Positions 39,560-53,018 of a stretch of DNA of 64,000 nucleotides are shown one piece after another; position 1 is the first letter of the stretch; each line of letters opens with the position of its first letter. This DNA is from Euprymna scolopes (taxonomy: Eukaryota), in NCBI GenBank assembly GCA_053919585.1, contig CM132796.1. The stretch is one strand, 5' to 3'. The translations under genes and the position numbers were made by a program. The notes below the pieces were generated by a model, which saw nothing but the letters and a program-made list of their open reading frames with translations, had not been told where the DNA came from and did not search any database.

Positions 39560-41000
39560 AGAGAATACAGACTTGAACTAGAAGCTTATAAACAATATGA
39601 GGTTGGGTATTCGCGAAAGTTATTCCTTTAAAATGATCAGCATTACTGTGACACCTCTTTAACAATTTGCTAAACCGAGGCGACATCAGACAAAGTTTAT
39701 GAAGAAAGTAGTTAAAATTAGTACTCTTATTACACGTTTGTGACCCGTTTGCACAATCAACGAAAGAATAGAAAATTCTACCAGACACAACCGAATCCTT
39801 AGTAATAATATAGTACCGAATAAGGAATTTAAAAATGTGTATTTTCGTTGTTGAGAAGGAAACATAATGGCAAAGAAATGTGTAAAACTACCAAACCATA
39901 CTTAGATGAAAGTATATGTTGAACATTAAAGCTTAAAAATATTTGTGAGTTCTGAAACACCAGAAATGAAGAGAAAATAGTAAAGGAATAAATATATTAG
40001 AGTAAGAAACTCCGAGAAAATAATATACAGTATATGTTAATGCATAATAAGTACCACTTGTGTAATAATTGTAGACGTTTATAGTTTTAATAAAAAATAA
40101 TTCGTGCACTTCGATCAAAGAAATGTACTACACCCAAATGGTTATGATGAGATATCTTATGTAAAACAAAAAGACAGAAAGAATATGACTGGTTTATTAA
40201 GACGACTGTAAATGGCCGGACAAAAAATTAAAAAAAATATTACGTAATATACACATAAACAAATAATTATAGCAGCAATGTAATCTGAAGAAAAGAAAAT
40301 AGTAAAAAAGTACAGATTAAGACCAAAAAGAATAATGGGAAAGGGTTGCATTTATAATTTATAAATTCTTGAAAAATGATGAAATAACCGACAACACATT
40401 GAAAAGACTATTTAATAGCAAGAGATCGATAAAATGGATTACAGAAAACCACATCAAGATAAATATTCACAAGACGTAAGGAAGCCGTAGATGATATGGC
40501 AAAAGAGATAAAGCAGTATTCATCATGACCAGCGTATGAAACAAACTACTTCAAAAATACTGTAAGAGTTGATACAATAAAATATCCAAAGTTAGTACAC
40601 AAGGAATCAGGTAGCAATAGTAGCTTGAACACACTGCCAAAGTGACACAGGCATAAGCAAACGGCATAACTTTGAATAGAATATGAAAACATCTTGTGGG
40701 ATATAGAAATACAAATATACAAATGCATTCAAGCCCTAGACCGAATGTAAGTACAGTTTACAAAAAGAAAAGGCTTGCCAGATTGTAGATTTTGCTATAC
40801 TATGAGAAATCAGGGGGGAGATCAAGAAGAGAGAAAGGGTCAGCAAATACACAGAACTGACTAGAGAGCTGAAAAACAGCTAAAGAAAGACAAGATAATA
40901 GTAGGCGTACTCGAAACAGTTTTAAAGATCTTAGAAAACCACGACAGTTGTGAACAAAAGAAAGTGTGAAAACACAGTGGATAACAATATTGAAAACGAT
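39560..41000 (+). mobile_element. R4/Dong-like C-terminal remnant (restriction-like endonuclease region)
   Basis: ILWDIEIQIYKCIQA-RP..KACQIVDFA..KYTEL at 40690-40860. Confidence 0.65.
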
Positions 41001-41183
41001 GAAGATATTTAAAAAAAAAAAACCCTGAATACCCAACCAAAACACATCATATTCAGGCACAATCCGGACATATAACCATTCTACAATGCTAAAACACAAA
41101 AACACAACGTGGCACAGTGATAACTAAAATTGTATCCTTGTAAGTATCCTTCAATACCGCAGGCTTTTCCACCGAAGTGTTAC

Positions 41184-41480
41184 AGTGTCACCAAAAACTT
41201 GCGCCACGCAAAATAATCCAGGAGTTTCTAGAAAAATAAAAAAAAATATTGAGAGGATAAAGTTATAACCATGGCGCCAATGGATTAGTGCAAAATATAC
41301 TGGAACAGTAGTTAGACTATTGTTACCTAAATTCCTATGAAGAGAAATTGCCACTTCCTACGAGAAATAAATAGTAAACGTCTATTGGACAAATTATCGA
41401 AAGGGACGGTGTGTACTGGAAAACTAGAAAAAATTGTTGTCAATCAGAGACCGGACTAGACCAAATGTTGTTCTAAAAGT
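41184..41480 (+). mobile_element. Possible Tc1/IS630-like 5' end (TIR plus HTH remnant)
   Basis: ta|cagtgtcaccaaaaacttgcgccac followed by an RLLDKLSKGTV-like HTH segment. Confidence 0.35.
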
Positions 41481-41495
41481 TATGTTTGATCATAG

Positions 41496-41730
41496 CCNNN
41501 NNNNNNNNNNNNNNNNNNNNNNNNNNNNNNNNNNNNNNNNNNNNNNNNNNNNNNNNNNNNNNNNNNNNNNNNNNNNNNNNNNNNNNNNNNNNNNNNNNNN
41601 NNNNNNNNNNNNNNNNNNNNNNNNNNNNNNNNNNNNNNNNNNNNNNNNNNNNNNNNNNNNNNNNNNNNNNNNNNNNNNNNNNNNNNNNNNNNNNNNNNNN
41701 NNNNNNNNNNNNNNNNNNNNNNNNNNNNNN
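41496..41730 (+). other. Putative masked exon (N 41498-41732)
   Basis: tttgatcatag acceptor; [gt]aaaat is a plausible donor. Confidence 0.45.
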
Positions 41731-41829
41731 NNAAAATGAAAAAAAAGTTCATTAACCCTCTTAGAAATAGTTACATTACCTGGTTGTCAAGAAAATTATA
41801 TTAGAATGACTTCAATCTCCTACACCGAA

Positions 41830-44330
41830 TAATACTTGTTTATGTTGGACTTAAAGACAATCATATTGTAGTCAGCGGGAAAACGGAAGACGGTTCCACA
41901 GGCGTTCAGTTCTAAGAAAGAAGTTTTGTTCGTGGAATCTACATTTAGGTTTAGACACAGGCAATGATTGGGGCGAATTATTGATAGTGTTTTCAGCTAG
42001 ATGGATGTTTTTTGTGAAGGTTTGGTGAGGGAGGACCATACATTGAAGCTCAGTCGAACACTTTCCATAAAAATAACGATAAAACAGAGACAAATTCGGA
42101 ATATTTCTTATGTGAGAAAAAGGTGGCATAGAAGAGAAAAAGAAGATTTCTATATGAGGCTAGGAAGTCTATTTTGAACACTATCAAGGCAGGATAAGTC
42201 TTTCTAGCAGCTTCTGCCCGGATGTGGCAACAGTACTCTATATTTGGACTACTTGGTTCTGATATAGATAAAGAATTATATCAGCAGTAGATATCTACTG
42301 GATCCATAGAAGGATCCCATCATTTTTCCAGCGGCCTTAGCTCTTGATGTAATCTGTGTGTTCCATTTAAGAACAGGATTAAAGGTCAAGCTCAGAAGCT
42401 TGTTAAAACATGAGGCTTTCCAAGACGAAAGCCATTCATTTCAATTGATGCCAGATGGGGTCAAAGAGTTTATGATACAAATATTTAAGCTTGGATTTAG
42501 ATGCATTAAAGGTAACCATCAACTTCTTTTCCCATTGTACTACGTGTACAAGATAAGAGAGGAGAGAATCAGAGAGAGCTTGATCGTTTACAGTCTTAGA
42601 TGTGCTACTATAGATAGTAGTTTCATCAGCAGTAATGTCTATGAATGATTTAAGGATGTGATTTGGAACATTATTAATGTAACTCAGGAAGAGAGTTTGG
42701 GCCAGCATGGACCCTTGAGGGACTCCAGCATTAATATTTGAGCTTCCGAGGTCTGCTTATCAAATACTACTCGTATGAACCAGTCAGAGAGATATGATTT
42801 TATAATTGAGAATACATTTTCAGCTATATTAAATATGAAGATCTTGTGAAATAGACCTTTATGCCATTCCCTACCAAAGGTCTTTGGTATGTAAAGAGCA
42901 ATTGTCCTAGAAAAGTAGCCTCCGCCGAGATTCACTAATCCTATTAGATATTACTGTAAGCACATCTGCTGAACATCTAGCAGAACGGAACTCATAGTGT
43001 CACTGAGGAGGTTAATTTGCTGATATGTTTGATTACTTAGTTATTTATGATAGAATCCAGCAACTTATGACGCACAGGAGATTTTTATTTGCTTTTACTA
43101 GAAGCTAGATAACCGATCACCTTACTTCTTAAATGCAGGACATGCTGATGAGATTTTCCAGGAAGATCGGAAACAATTCTTGTTAAGGCAACTTTTAAAC
43201 AGTTTTGTAAGTATATGCGCTAGTTCCGGTTAAATATTTTTGTGTACAATAATGGGAATACCGTCAGGGCCGGTTGCTTTATGGAATCAAGGTTTTGATT
43301 AGATTGGCACCATCAAGTACAGATATTTGTTATCACATAGCGTGTTTTCTTATTCAATGGGAAATAGTCGGGTTTGGTTGCCTTAATCGCTAAACGTAGA
43401 ATTAGCTGTAAAGTTCTTGATAAAGAGTTTCGCTCTGTCTGATGCTGCAGATTACCTCATATCCATTGATGATAGTTGGGATAGAGCACATGTTTCTCTT
43501 CAGTATTTTGTTTGCTATTTGCCAAAACTGGTGGAGGCCAAGCCGCTGCTCAGATACTTTCGACTTGAGAGACTGAGATCTTCATTACATTTCTACAGTA
43601 GTTGCTGGTAGTCCTCCTAACAGTTGTAGTTTCAGTACATTTATTATGCTTGAAAGAATGGAAAAGGTGATTTCTGTACTCAAAGACAGTGACACATTCT
43701 GGAGAGAACCACCGATAAGTTTAGGTTTTCGCCTGAACTTTTTCAAGGTTATGAAACGGTCTATACCTACAATTAACCATTCTGTCAGGTCTGATACTAT
43801 ATAAGACACAGTTTTTAAACATGGAACGCAGATGTAAATGTACGGAAGCTATCTCAGTTCGCCATAAATTATCGATATACTGCACAATGGACAGGTACAT
43901 CTGAGGACTTATTACATTTCATTTTTATCTCAACTGATACAACAGGGTGGTCGGAAGATCCAAGTTTTGACAGAAAGAAAGCTGAACATAGTTCCTGGCA
44001 AGTTGTAAGAAAAAGATCTAGGAGACTTGCATACTGGCCATTAGTGTGGGCCACACGGGTGGGTTCGTGAACAATCTGAGTGAGGTCATAGCAATGGGGA
44101 AATCATGATAGAACCTCCCCTCGTCATCGGTCTGGTTTGATTGAGTTAACAATTCCACAATGTGAACACTGAAGATTTCACAGGCATCAATGTTATGAAA
44201 GAATAACTGTGCGACAGAAACAAAACAAATGACACTTTCTTTTATTGAATATCTAAAATGTAGGACTGGTAGACCATTAGCAACTAGTTCAGCATAAGAA
44301 AGCAGAGGAACACCAAATAGCAAACATAGA
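41830..44330 (-). mobile_element. Decayed CR1-group LINE (endonuclease to RT, no 3' tail)
   Basis: SLLDLFLTT..LGSSDH (APE endonuclease), WHKGL, ADETTIY and SLFYRYFYGKCS. Confidence 0.88.
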
Positions 44331-44369
44331 TAGCAACATTATCAATTAAAACAGCAATTTCAACAAAAA

Positions 44370-47300
44370 AATGTCTGCACAGAATGAACAGCGACAAAAG
44401 CTAATGTTGGAAAATTAAGGTAAACAACAACAGTGGCAATGATTTTTGAGTTGAAATTGTTACTTTACTAGAAGGGACAAGAGCAATCGTTCTTAAAAAT
44501 ATGGAACACAGCAGTACACTGTGGTAACAGCACAGCATTTTCCAAAAACACAATATGGAATTATTTTGAGACGTTGAGCTACGTATCGGAGTTGGATAAC
44601 ACGTTTGACGCTAAAAACGTCCTTACTGTTGGTCATCAACAGTGGAACAATTCCAAAATGTTTCAGTTCCTTTTAAGGAGACCATAGACCACAGCACGCA
44701 TTAAGTTTCCTGACTACCTTGTGCGAGAGAAGACGAGCTAACTTGAATTATTCGAGGGGTCAATCTATTGTTGTAAGATTTCGGCCTGAATAAGACTCTT
44801 TTCCACAAGAGATAGACATGTGCTAATCTTGGGTAACCCGAGAAGGAAGACTCTCCCACAATTTGCCTCCTTTGTTACCAGGCACTGCGACGTTCTTCAT
44901 CTTGCTGAACTATCAGCTGATGATTTAAAATGTTTAGTGTTTGAAGAAGGGTGTTGTCTTGATAAAAACGTGTTCTCTCAAGATTCGAGAGTTAACAAGT
45001 GCTCACACTCCAAAAGTAAGCGTAAGATTGAGAACGCGCAGTCAGCGCTAAAAAACACAAAAAATAGAAAGTAATGATGCATATGATACGTACAGTTGAC
45101 TTGGTGCATACCAAATTATAGCTCCCTCGAAACAAACCACGGAAACAAGAAGACATCAGAAGTATAATTAAAAAATATCCAAACAGAAACATCTTACAAC
45201 TTGGTGCATTCATTTAAGCGGACAGCATTGGTTAACAGACTGTTTTTACAAACATAAAACACGCAAGAGTGTGACAGGAAAACATACAAACATACACATT
45301 GCCGAAAGAATAGAAGAATGCAAAGAATATGATAAGCGAGATCTGCCATCGAATCGGAGAGAAAATGGCGGAAATATATAATTGCTAGCATCCGCAAGAA
45401 AGAAGTTGATTTATTGCTGTATTCCGGTTCAATGATAAACATACAAACATGGAAAACGTAGAGGAAAGCAACCAAGGAGGGGAGAACTTACAAATAACCA
45501 GGTGCCATGACTCGCGATGAAATAAAATTTGAAAGAGAGCTAATACGCCCTATGGCGTTTTATGGTAGGACCAAAAAATAAGTGTCTTTGAGGTAAGATA
45601 TCCGAAACCTTTCATAAAATATATCATGGGTCAATGTAAACTCTCGAAACAAACGATAAACAATTTCTGTCATAAAGAAGAAATCTCTCCTGGATACAGC
45701 AATTAAATTACAGGTTAAAATGAACATATCCGAAATATTTCTCATATGGACTGGAAGGAAGCACTAAGGCTATATCCTGCTTTGAGCTGAAGGGGATAGC
45801 TCTACTCATTTTCAAGGAGAAGCAAAACATCCCGCTTGCTGCAGTCAAAATATCTATAAGGAATAGATCGGTTAGAAACAGCAGGCATATTATCGAAAGT
45901 TATCACTAGTGAACGGCTTCCTGTATGGTATACGTTACAAAAAAGGCCAATCACCTTTGTGTCTGCGCAGATTTTTCCACGGGCATAGATTCGGCTCAAA
46001 AAGATTACCACTGCTATCTGTTTCACAGCTGTTTGGTATTAAACAAACTCAACGAGTGTACAATATTTTCTAATCGCGAATTTTGACGCATATCAACAGA
46101 TCCCCGTCTGGGAAACATTTCCTAAACTGCTCGGCATTAATACGCAAGTGTTAGACGTTAGCTATCGCGGGTGAAGGTCGCACCTTCTGTTTTCAGCATG
46201 CTATACATACCATAATAACGGACTCGACTTAATTTCGCCTACTTGGACGACATGGTTATTTCCAGTACATCAGATAATGAACATTGCAAACATATACATG
46301 AGGTTTTTAAAAACTTCAGATTTAAAGTGAAAGAAGCAATGTGTAATTTCCTCATAATTGATATAAAGAACCTACGTCACATAATTGACAAAAATGGAAG
46401 ATGAATCGCGGTGAGAAGGGAGAAGTTATAAAAAGCATGTCTGCTCGTGATAGTTAAATAGCACGCCAAAGTTTACTGGAACGAGCAAACGTCTACCTTT
46501 TCTTCATAAAAAAGCGAGCTTGATTTGGGCGCCTCGCTGAATGAACTATTAAAGAAGGAAAAACCAGGAAGTGAACACCAGAATGTAAAGCGGCGTTGGA
46601 AATAATTATTCTCTAACATAGGAACTGTTTCTTAAACACTATGTCCAATCTTATATAGTATTGGAGCTGTATACTACATAAAGCGGTAATGATACACTGA
46701 TCGAGGATGAATCGAGAACGCTATTGTCAGCCGGGAGACAGTCCTCACGAATTGAAAAATACGTTCTGAATATCATATTCGAAATTTTATACACCGTCAT
46801 TTACGATTTTCGAAAATAAAAGGTGTTACCGACGTAACCCGGCAGTATGCTACAAATATGGCGTACTATCTTACAAAAATATGTCGAACCATTTAAGTGC
46901 CTTTCCTTGAGACAAAGCAAACATGCTGATGGCATATCAAAATGTATTCCACATAAAAGGAAAACATTTTAGGATATAACAATTGGTGAGATTGTTTTAC
47001 CGGTTTCGAAATAAAAAAATATCATTCCCTGAAATAAAAAAAGCAGAAAAAGAGGATTTCATTTGCAACGTCAAGAGAAAAAACGTATTGAATGAGAAAA
47101 ATGTTCTAGAAATATTCTCGCTTTGAGACGAGGTTTTCTTATATAGCGAAAGAGTGGTAATATCGAAAGTATCCAGAAAAGAATTGTACGGGATGTTCAT
47201 ATGTGACCCTCTGAAAACCCTAATGCATGCCTTTATGATAAGCCACGTCTCCTGGTATTACATGGATAAAAAAGTGATGAACATGATTGATCTTTTTTTG

Positions 47301-48309
47301 GAATTTGGCCTTAGCCACAACACCATCACCTATCAGCAATGTTCAGCCTGAAAAAGAACTCATATCGACTTTGCAGGACATCTCGATGGCCACTATTTTT
47401 AATCCTAGTCGATTGCTACACCAAGTCGCCGGAGGTATACAGATGAAAAATACCCTCATCATAGAAAACAATACTTTTTGTACTAGTCAGTGTAGTAGAC
47501 GATATCATAGCGATAATAATACTTAAAATGGACTTCAATTTTTTCTGCAATACGTTCAGGATAAAACAGACTATTACATTCTAAAGCTCTCTAAATTAAA
47601 TGAACAGGTGGAACGATTGGTTGATAGACTTTAAAAAGTACCGAAATAAGTAAATCGACGGATTAAGCCTTCTAACAGTTCTTATACATGTGAAAAATAT
47701 ATAACACCTAATCCTCGGCGAAAACCATTTTTGCACGAAAGATGAGATATGATTTTGAAAGAAGGCTAAACTCTACGTGACTACTTGCGCGAGAAGGAAT
47801 AGTTTAATTCCGAGAGAGAGGAATTTCTTAAAGAGTTACAAGAATAAACCTTACTCTGAAATGTAGAAACGACAAATTAGATAGCTGGGGACATGAATTA
47901 TATCGTTCACGGATCGAGAAATACTCATAAACGCCATCAGAAAATATCGCTTGATTAAATCCAGCGAAACAGCACCTTTCCAGAAAGAACTGACCCGGCC
48001 CATTTTCGATCTTTTCCTTCACCAACAAACAACAGATCCTAAACGTGAGATGTATTAACGGCTTTTACGAAGAAAAACCGCTGGAGGGGTGTTGTACTTC
48101 TAAAGATTCTGACGATAGATTATTCCTGACGTCACCTTCCATAACCAGTTCCTGCTGTCGAGCAACCGAGGTTAAAAGTGTGTGGGTCGTAACCTTACTT
48201 TCTATTTCCAGTTGAGCAGTGTTCCACCTTATCAATATACGCGTCTGTATTTTCTATCAGTATACATTTCCTTTCAGTGTTTCCAACGCTTATCATTTTT
48301 CTTTCAACA
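44370..48309 (+). mobile_element. Decayed Gypsy (K02A2.6/Mag-like) LTR retrotransposon lacking its 5' LTR
   Basis: Gag FASFVTRHCD..LSADDLKCLVF, RT AYLDD (~46237), integrase HIDFAGHLDG (47361) and NEQVERLVD, PPT ggagggg, and a 3' LTR. Confidence 0.8.
48090..48309 (+). repeat. 3' LTR of the Gypsy element
   Basis: TGTTG..CAACA terminal inverted repeat directly after the PPT. Confidence 0.7.
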
Positions 48310-48895
48310 TTAAACTCATAGCAATTATGCAGTTTGTCATTTAGTATTTTTACCCATAAACTGTTTATTCGTTATTTTCTGCTATTTTGTATATCATGAC
48401 ATTGACATACTTCATTATAATATGGTATCCTTGTACAGCTAAGTTTTGTGATATAATGTGGTTCCCAGGAAATATTTGTCAATCTTACGCATTCCTATAC
48501 TGCTCTCAAAACCTATGAATATTTTAAATATTTCTGTTTTCCTACGGTCCTCATTTCTGATAACTGTGTATTAATATACTTTCTACAGTTTCTCCACATA
48601 TATTAAGCTGTTTATAAGATTGGCTATATTTATAAAATTGTATCTGGCTTTGCATTAGCTTTGTATTATTTGGATGAAAAATAAGTAGTATTATACATCA
48701 CATTTTAAACTTTATATACGTATTTTTGTCTACATTATATTTTGTTTTCACCAGTTCGTTCAGGTTTTTTCTTGTTGCTTATTATGGAGAAATGAGGTTT
48801 TATCTAAAGTTGAGTACATTCTCAAGCAGTATATAACATGATTTAGAAATCCTGCCATTTGTTTTGTGAGTATGACTATGATTATTATCCTTTNN

Positions 48896-49035
48896 NNNNN
48901 NNNNNNNNNNNNNNNNNNNNNNNNNNNNNNNNNNNNNNNNNNNNNNNNNNNNNNNNNNNNNNNNNNNNNNNNNNNNNNNNNNNNNNNNNNNNNNNNNNNN
49001 NNNNNNNNNNNNNNNNNNNNNNNNNNNNNNNNNNN
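48896..49035 (+). other. Putative masked exon (N 48894-49036)
   Basis: ttattatccttt[ag] acceptor and [g]tgata donor. Confidence 0.5.
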
Positions 49036-49751
49036 NTGATAAAATTTAGATGAACAATTCTGATAGATATTTCTTGAAGTAATACTTTCAAGGTGATCAT
49101 AGCCAAACAGGAAAATCTATATATTTAAGAATAGAGCAATATATAAGTATTGTGGTTAAATTTTAAATTCTGAAAAAAAACAACGTATAGAGACGTATAT
49201 TCAATTTAAGAAATTATTGTTTGACAAAATAACTATATAGAAGTATATCCAACCAATATTGGATACACTTTGTCAACACCGAGAAAGCATTTGGACTACA
49301 TCAACTTACACACACTCAACGCAACAACGAATACGGCTGGCCTGTATACTTTTCGAAGAATCATTAAGGAGCAATACGCTTTCGCTATATGGGAATTTTA
49401 CTTTCTCCCTTGGGCCTATGTTCTACCCACCTGGATTTATACCCCCTTACGACATTGATTCCTTCCGATAATGGATTACCCAGGTTATACCAACTTCACT
49501 TTTCGTATATTTTTCCATATAATTATCTATACCCACTTAAAAACTATTTTCAATAATTGTGCTGAAACGAAAAATTAGCGTCCATTCGCAGCTAAACATT
49601 TTACTAACGGCATTTAATTTCCTCTGATTATATGTGCCATTGTTGAAAATCCGTGTATTAAGGAAATTAAAATAACCCCTTCTATATATTCCTTTTGTTA
49701 CACAATACATTCTTAAATTGAAGATATGTCTCTATATGTTGTTTTTTGCAG

Positions 49752-49895
49752 AATTTNNNNNNNNNNNNNNNNNNNNNNNNNNNNNNNNNNNNNNNNNNNN
49801 NNNNNNNNNNNNNNNNNNNNNNNNNNNNNNNNNNNNNNNNNNNNNNNNNNNNNNNNNNNNNNNNNNNNNNNNNNNNNNNNNNNNNNNNNNNNCAG
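49752..49895 (+). other. Putative masked exon (N 49757-49892)
   Basis: Strong gttgttttttgcag acceptor. Donor is either [gt]cagg or GC-type cag|gcaatg. Confidence 0.55.
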
Positions 49896-51347
49896 GCAAT
49901 GTCTTAATTCATAAGCCTGCAGGACAAATGACTAAGGGAGTAAAATTCTTCTCTCACCTGTGCTATTACGTTTATCTACATAATGTGTAGACACATTATA
50001 GGTAAGTAGTTGCAAAAAGGTAGGTCCTTTACTAGTGTTATTATTAATATTATCATCATTATCATTATTGCCTTTTTTGTATTTATTTGATCGTACTACT
50101 GTGAAACCTATAACCAATTCAGATGTGTAATATTGAGTACATTCGTAAATTATGTTTAATTCATAAAGTAATAACTAAATACATAGTCGAAAAACTATGT
50201 AATAGTGACAGTTTGGCTTTTTGTTGATATTCCATACATTCATGTTAAATGTCTAATATAGCTTGGATGTAATTTTCTTAATAGGCTTTGGCAACAAAAA
50301 CTTGTTTTAACTTGTTTTAGGTTATTGTGGGTCGCGCTAATTATACTGAAACAAAAGCATGCATCAGTTTTACATTAGGACTGCCTTTTATGTATTTTAA
50401 AAGGTGTTTAAAAAAATTTTCACAACGTTACCATACAGACTTACCAAGCAAACAAAATGTCTGTAAACTGTAACTGATATTCAAGACTAAACGAATACCT
50501 TTTTAGCTTAACGAGAAAAAAATTCCGTTGCATCTTAAGAAATTCGTCTCACTGCTCTTAATATATGAGGCGAAGCATATATTACTTGTGATACACAGCA
50601 ATTATTGGATATAAACATCACAGTTTCACACATCATCAATTCAGTAAAAAGTGTGAACTTATGATATGTGCGAACTTAAATGTGGTTGCAATGTTTTATG
50701 CAGTTATGTTTCGACAAAGTTGAACATTAAAAAAAAAATATTAACCCTGGTGTTTCTTCGGAAATGGTTTTCACACATAGTTTTATACTCGTAGCCGTTC
50801 TATTGGTGATAGTGTTTACTAGTAAATGTGACTCTTATATAGGGAATAGTAGTTTAATAAAAAGTCATATACTTTCAATGTATATCATAAATGTAAGATG
50901 CATTTTAGTAACACAGGTATGAACTCTATACGTAAGGTCAATATTTTCTGATACCTTTATATACACAACGTTTATCTGTATGAGTTTCCTTCGCTTTCAT
51001 GAGCATAAGTAGCCTTTTGGAATCGAAGGTAATGCAATTCGTTAAAACAGAAACATGTGGTTTTCACAACTGTACGATTCTACAAGAGTTGACCTTTCAA
51101 GTTAATTGTATAACGAAAGTTAATTGAGTACGACAGGAAGAAAATGCTCGGAAACGGAGATTAACTTCCAATTAATAAAGGTCAAATAAACAACGCAATG
51201 TAAGGATGGACGTAGAGAACTGGCCAAAAGACAGAACCGGATATTGTTAACATAGGTTTTTGCATTCCTCACGTTCAAGGAAAAAATGGCAAATCCATTA
51301 ACTGTTGAGAAGAAATACAGACACTCGCAAAATACATTATACGACAT

Positions 51348-51601
51348 NNNNNNNNNNNNNNNNNNNNNNNNNNNNNNNNNNNNNNNNNNNNNNNNNNNNN
51401 NNNNNNNNNNNNNNNNNNNNNNNNNNNNNNNNNNNNNNNNNNNNNNNNNNNNNNNNNNNNNNNNNNNNNNNNNNNNNNNNNNNNNNNNNNNNNNNNNNNN
51501 NNNNNNNNNNNNNNNNNNNNNNNNNNNNNNNNNNNNNNNNNNNNNNNNNNNNNNNNNNNNNNNNNNNNNNNNNNNNNNNNNNNNNNNNNCGGCGTTGTAC
51601 G
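51348..51601 (+). other. Putative masked exon (N 51348-51589)
   Basis: gacat[ag] is a possible acceptor and acg|gtgata a possible donor. Confidence 0.35.
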
Positions 51602-52083
51602 GTGATAGAACCTCGTTCCGTGTCCGTGAAAAAATTAATATACGGTGTTGTTGTTTTAGTCCAACCACCATCCTATTACTTTTTTAAACGCTAATCTGAA
51701 TAGACATCCCTCACCCAATCTATGTTAAAAACGTTGTTCGCATAAAACACCCGATGTGCTGTGTGTGGGTGTGGGTAGCAAAGAAATTACAAGAAATTTA
51801 AGGTATGTAATAAAAGAAAAAGATATATTAAGCTTTGTAGTATATTTGGATAAAAAATGAATAACAAAACATTTAATAATAGGTATAATAGATTAAAATA
51901 CGTTAAAAGAGTTTTGAAAATCAAGGGGCAAGAAAACTCTGTAAAATGTATGAAAAAAAAAAAAACGCAGGAATGTACTGAGGCCAAAGCTCTTTGTTTC
52001 TCTGTCTCTCTCCCCTCTATTTAACATTCTCTCTATCCCTCTCTCTCTCTCTCTATCCATCTATCTTTCTCTCTCTCTATCCA

Positions 52084-52163
<80 letters not shown>

Positions 52164-52328
52164 CAGAAATGCNNNNNNNNNNNNNNNNNNNNNNNNNNNN
52201 NNNNNNNNNNNNNNNNNNNNNNNNNNNNNNNNNNNNNNNNNNNNNNNNNNNNNNNNNNNNNNNNNNNNNNNNNNNNNNNNNNNNNNNNNNNNNNNNNNNN
52301 NNNNNNGCGTGTGTGAGTGTCTGGTCAC

Positions 52329-52329
<1 letters not shown>

Positions 52330-52394
<65 letters not shown>

Positions 52395-53018
52395 CTGAAC
52401 GTCTGTGTGTGCGTGTGTGCGTGTCTGGTCACGAATAGGCTCCTATATGGCTGTCTATTATAGAAAACTGATCATATATAATGTTAGAAGATTTATCGAG
52501 CCACAGGAATAGGTATGTTAGATCTGGCAGAACGGTGGTTCATTAAAATTGTGTGGTCTGCGTATTCGCCTTCTCCAAGTGTGGAAATAAAAAAATTAAA
52601 AAGTTAAAAAAAAAAAAAAATTACAAGTGTTTTTGATATAGATGCACTTAATAATACCTTGATAAGTATGTTTAAACTTAAATAGGGGTGGTAAATTAAA
52701 ATTGTGAGGTCTGCGTTGTCGCCTGGCATCCATAGAATGGAAATAGGCACACTTTAATAAAGACTTTTCATATTTATCTGCGTATGTATACTTTGATAAT
52801 TATGTTTCAGTTTGAAGAAATATGGTATAATATAATTGTGGGGTGTACGTTCGCGCCTGACCTCCATAGATTGGAAATATGTCACAAAGTTTAACAAGTT
52901 TTTTTTTTTTTGTAATATAGATCCACAGAATATTGTGATAAGTGTTTCAGTGTAAACACGTATGGTATAACAAATTATGGGGTGTATCTATTTTATTTTT
53001 ACTTTCATCATATTTTGC
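52330..53018 (+). mobile_element. Non-autonomous Helitron-like element with internal tandem subrepeats
   Basis: Inverted copy of 26602-27216. The unit aattgtg.ggt.tgcgt..cgcc..ggaaata recurs at about 52545, 52697, 52833 and 52972. Confidence 0.65.
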
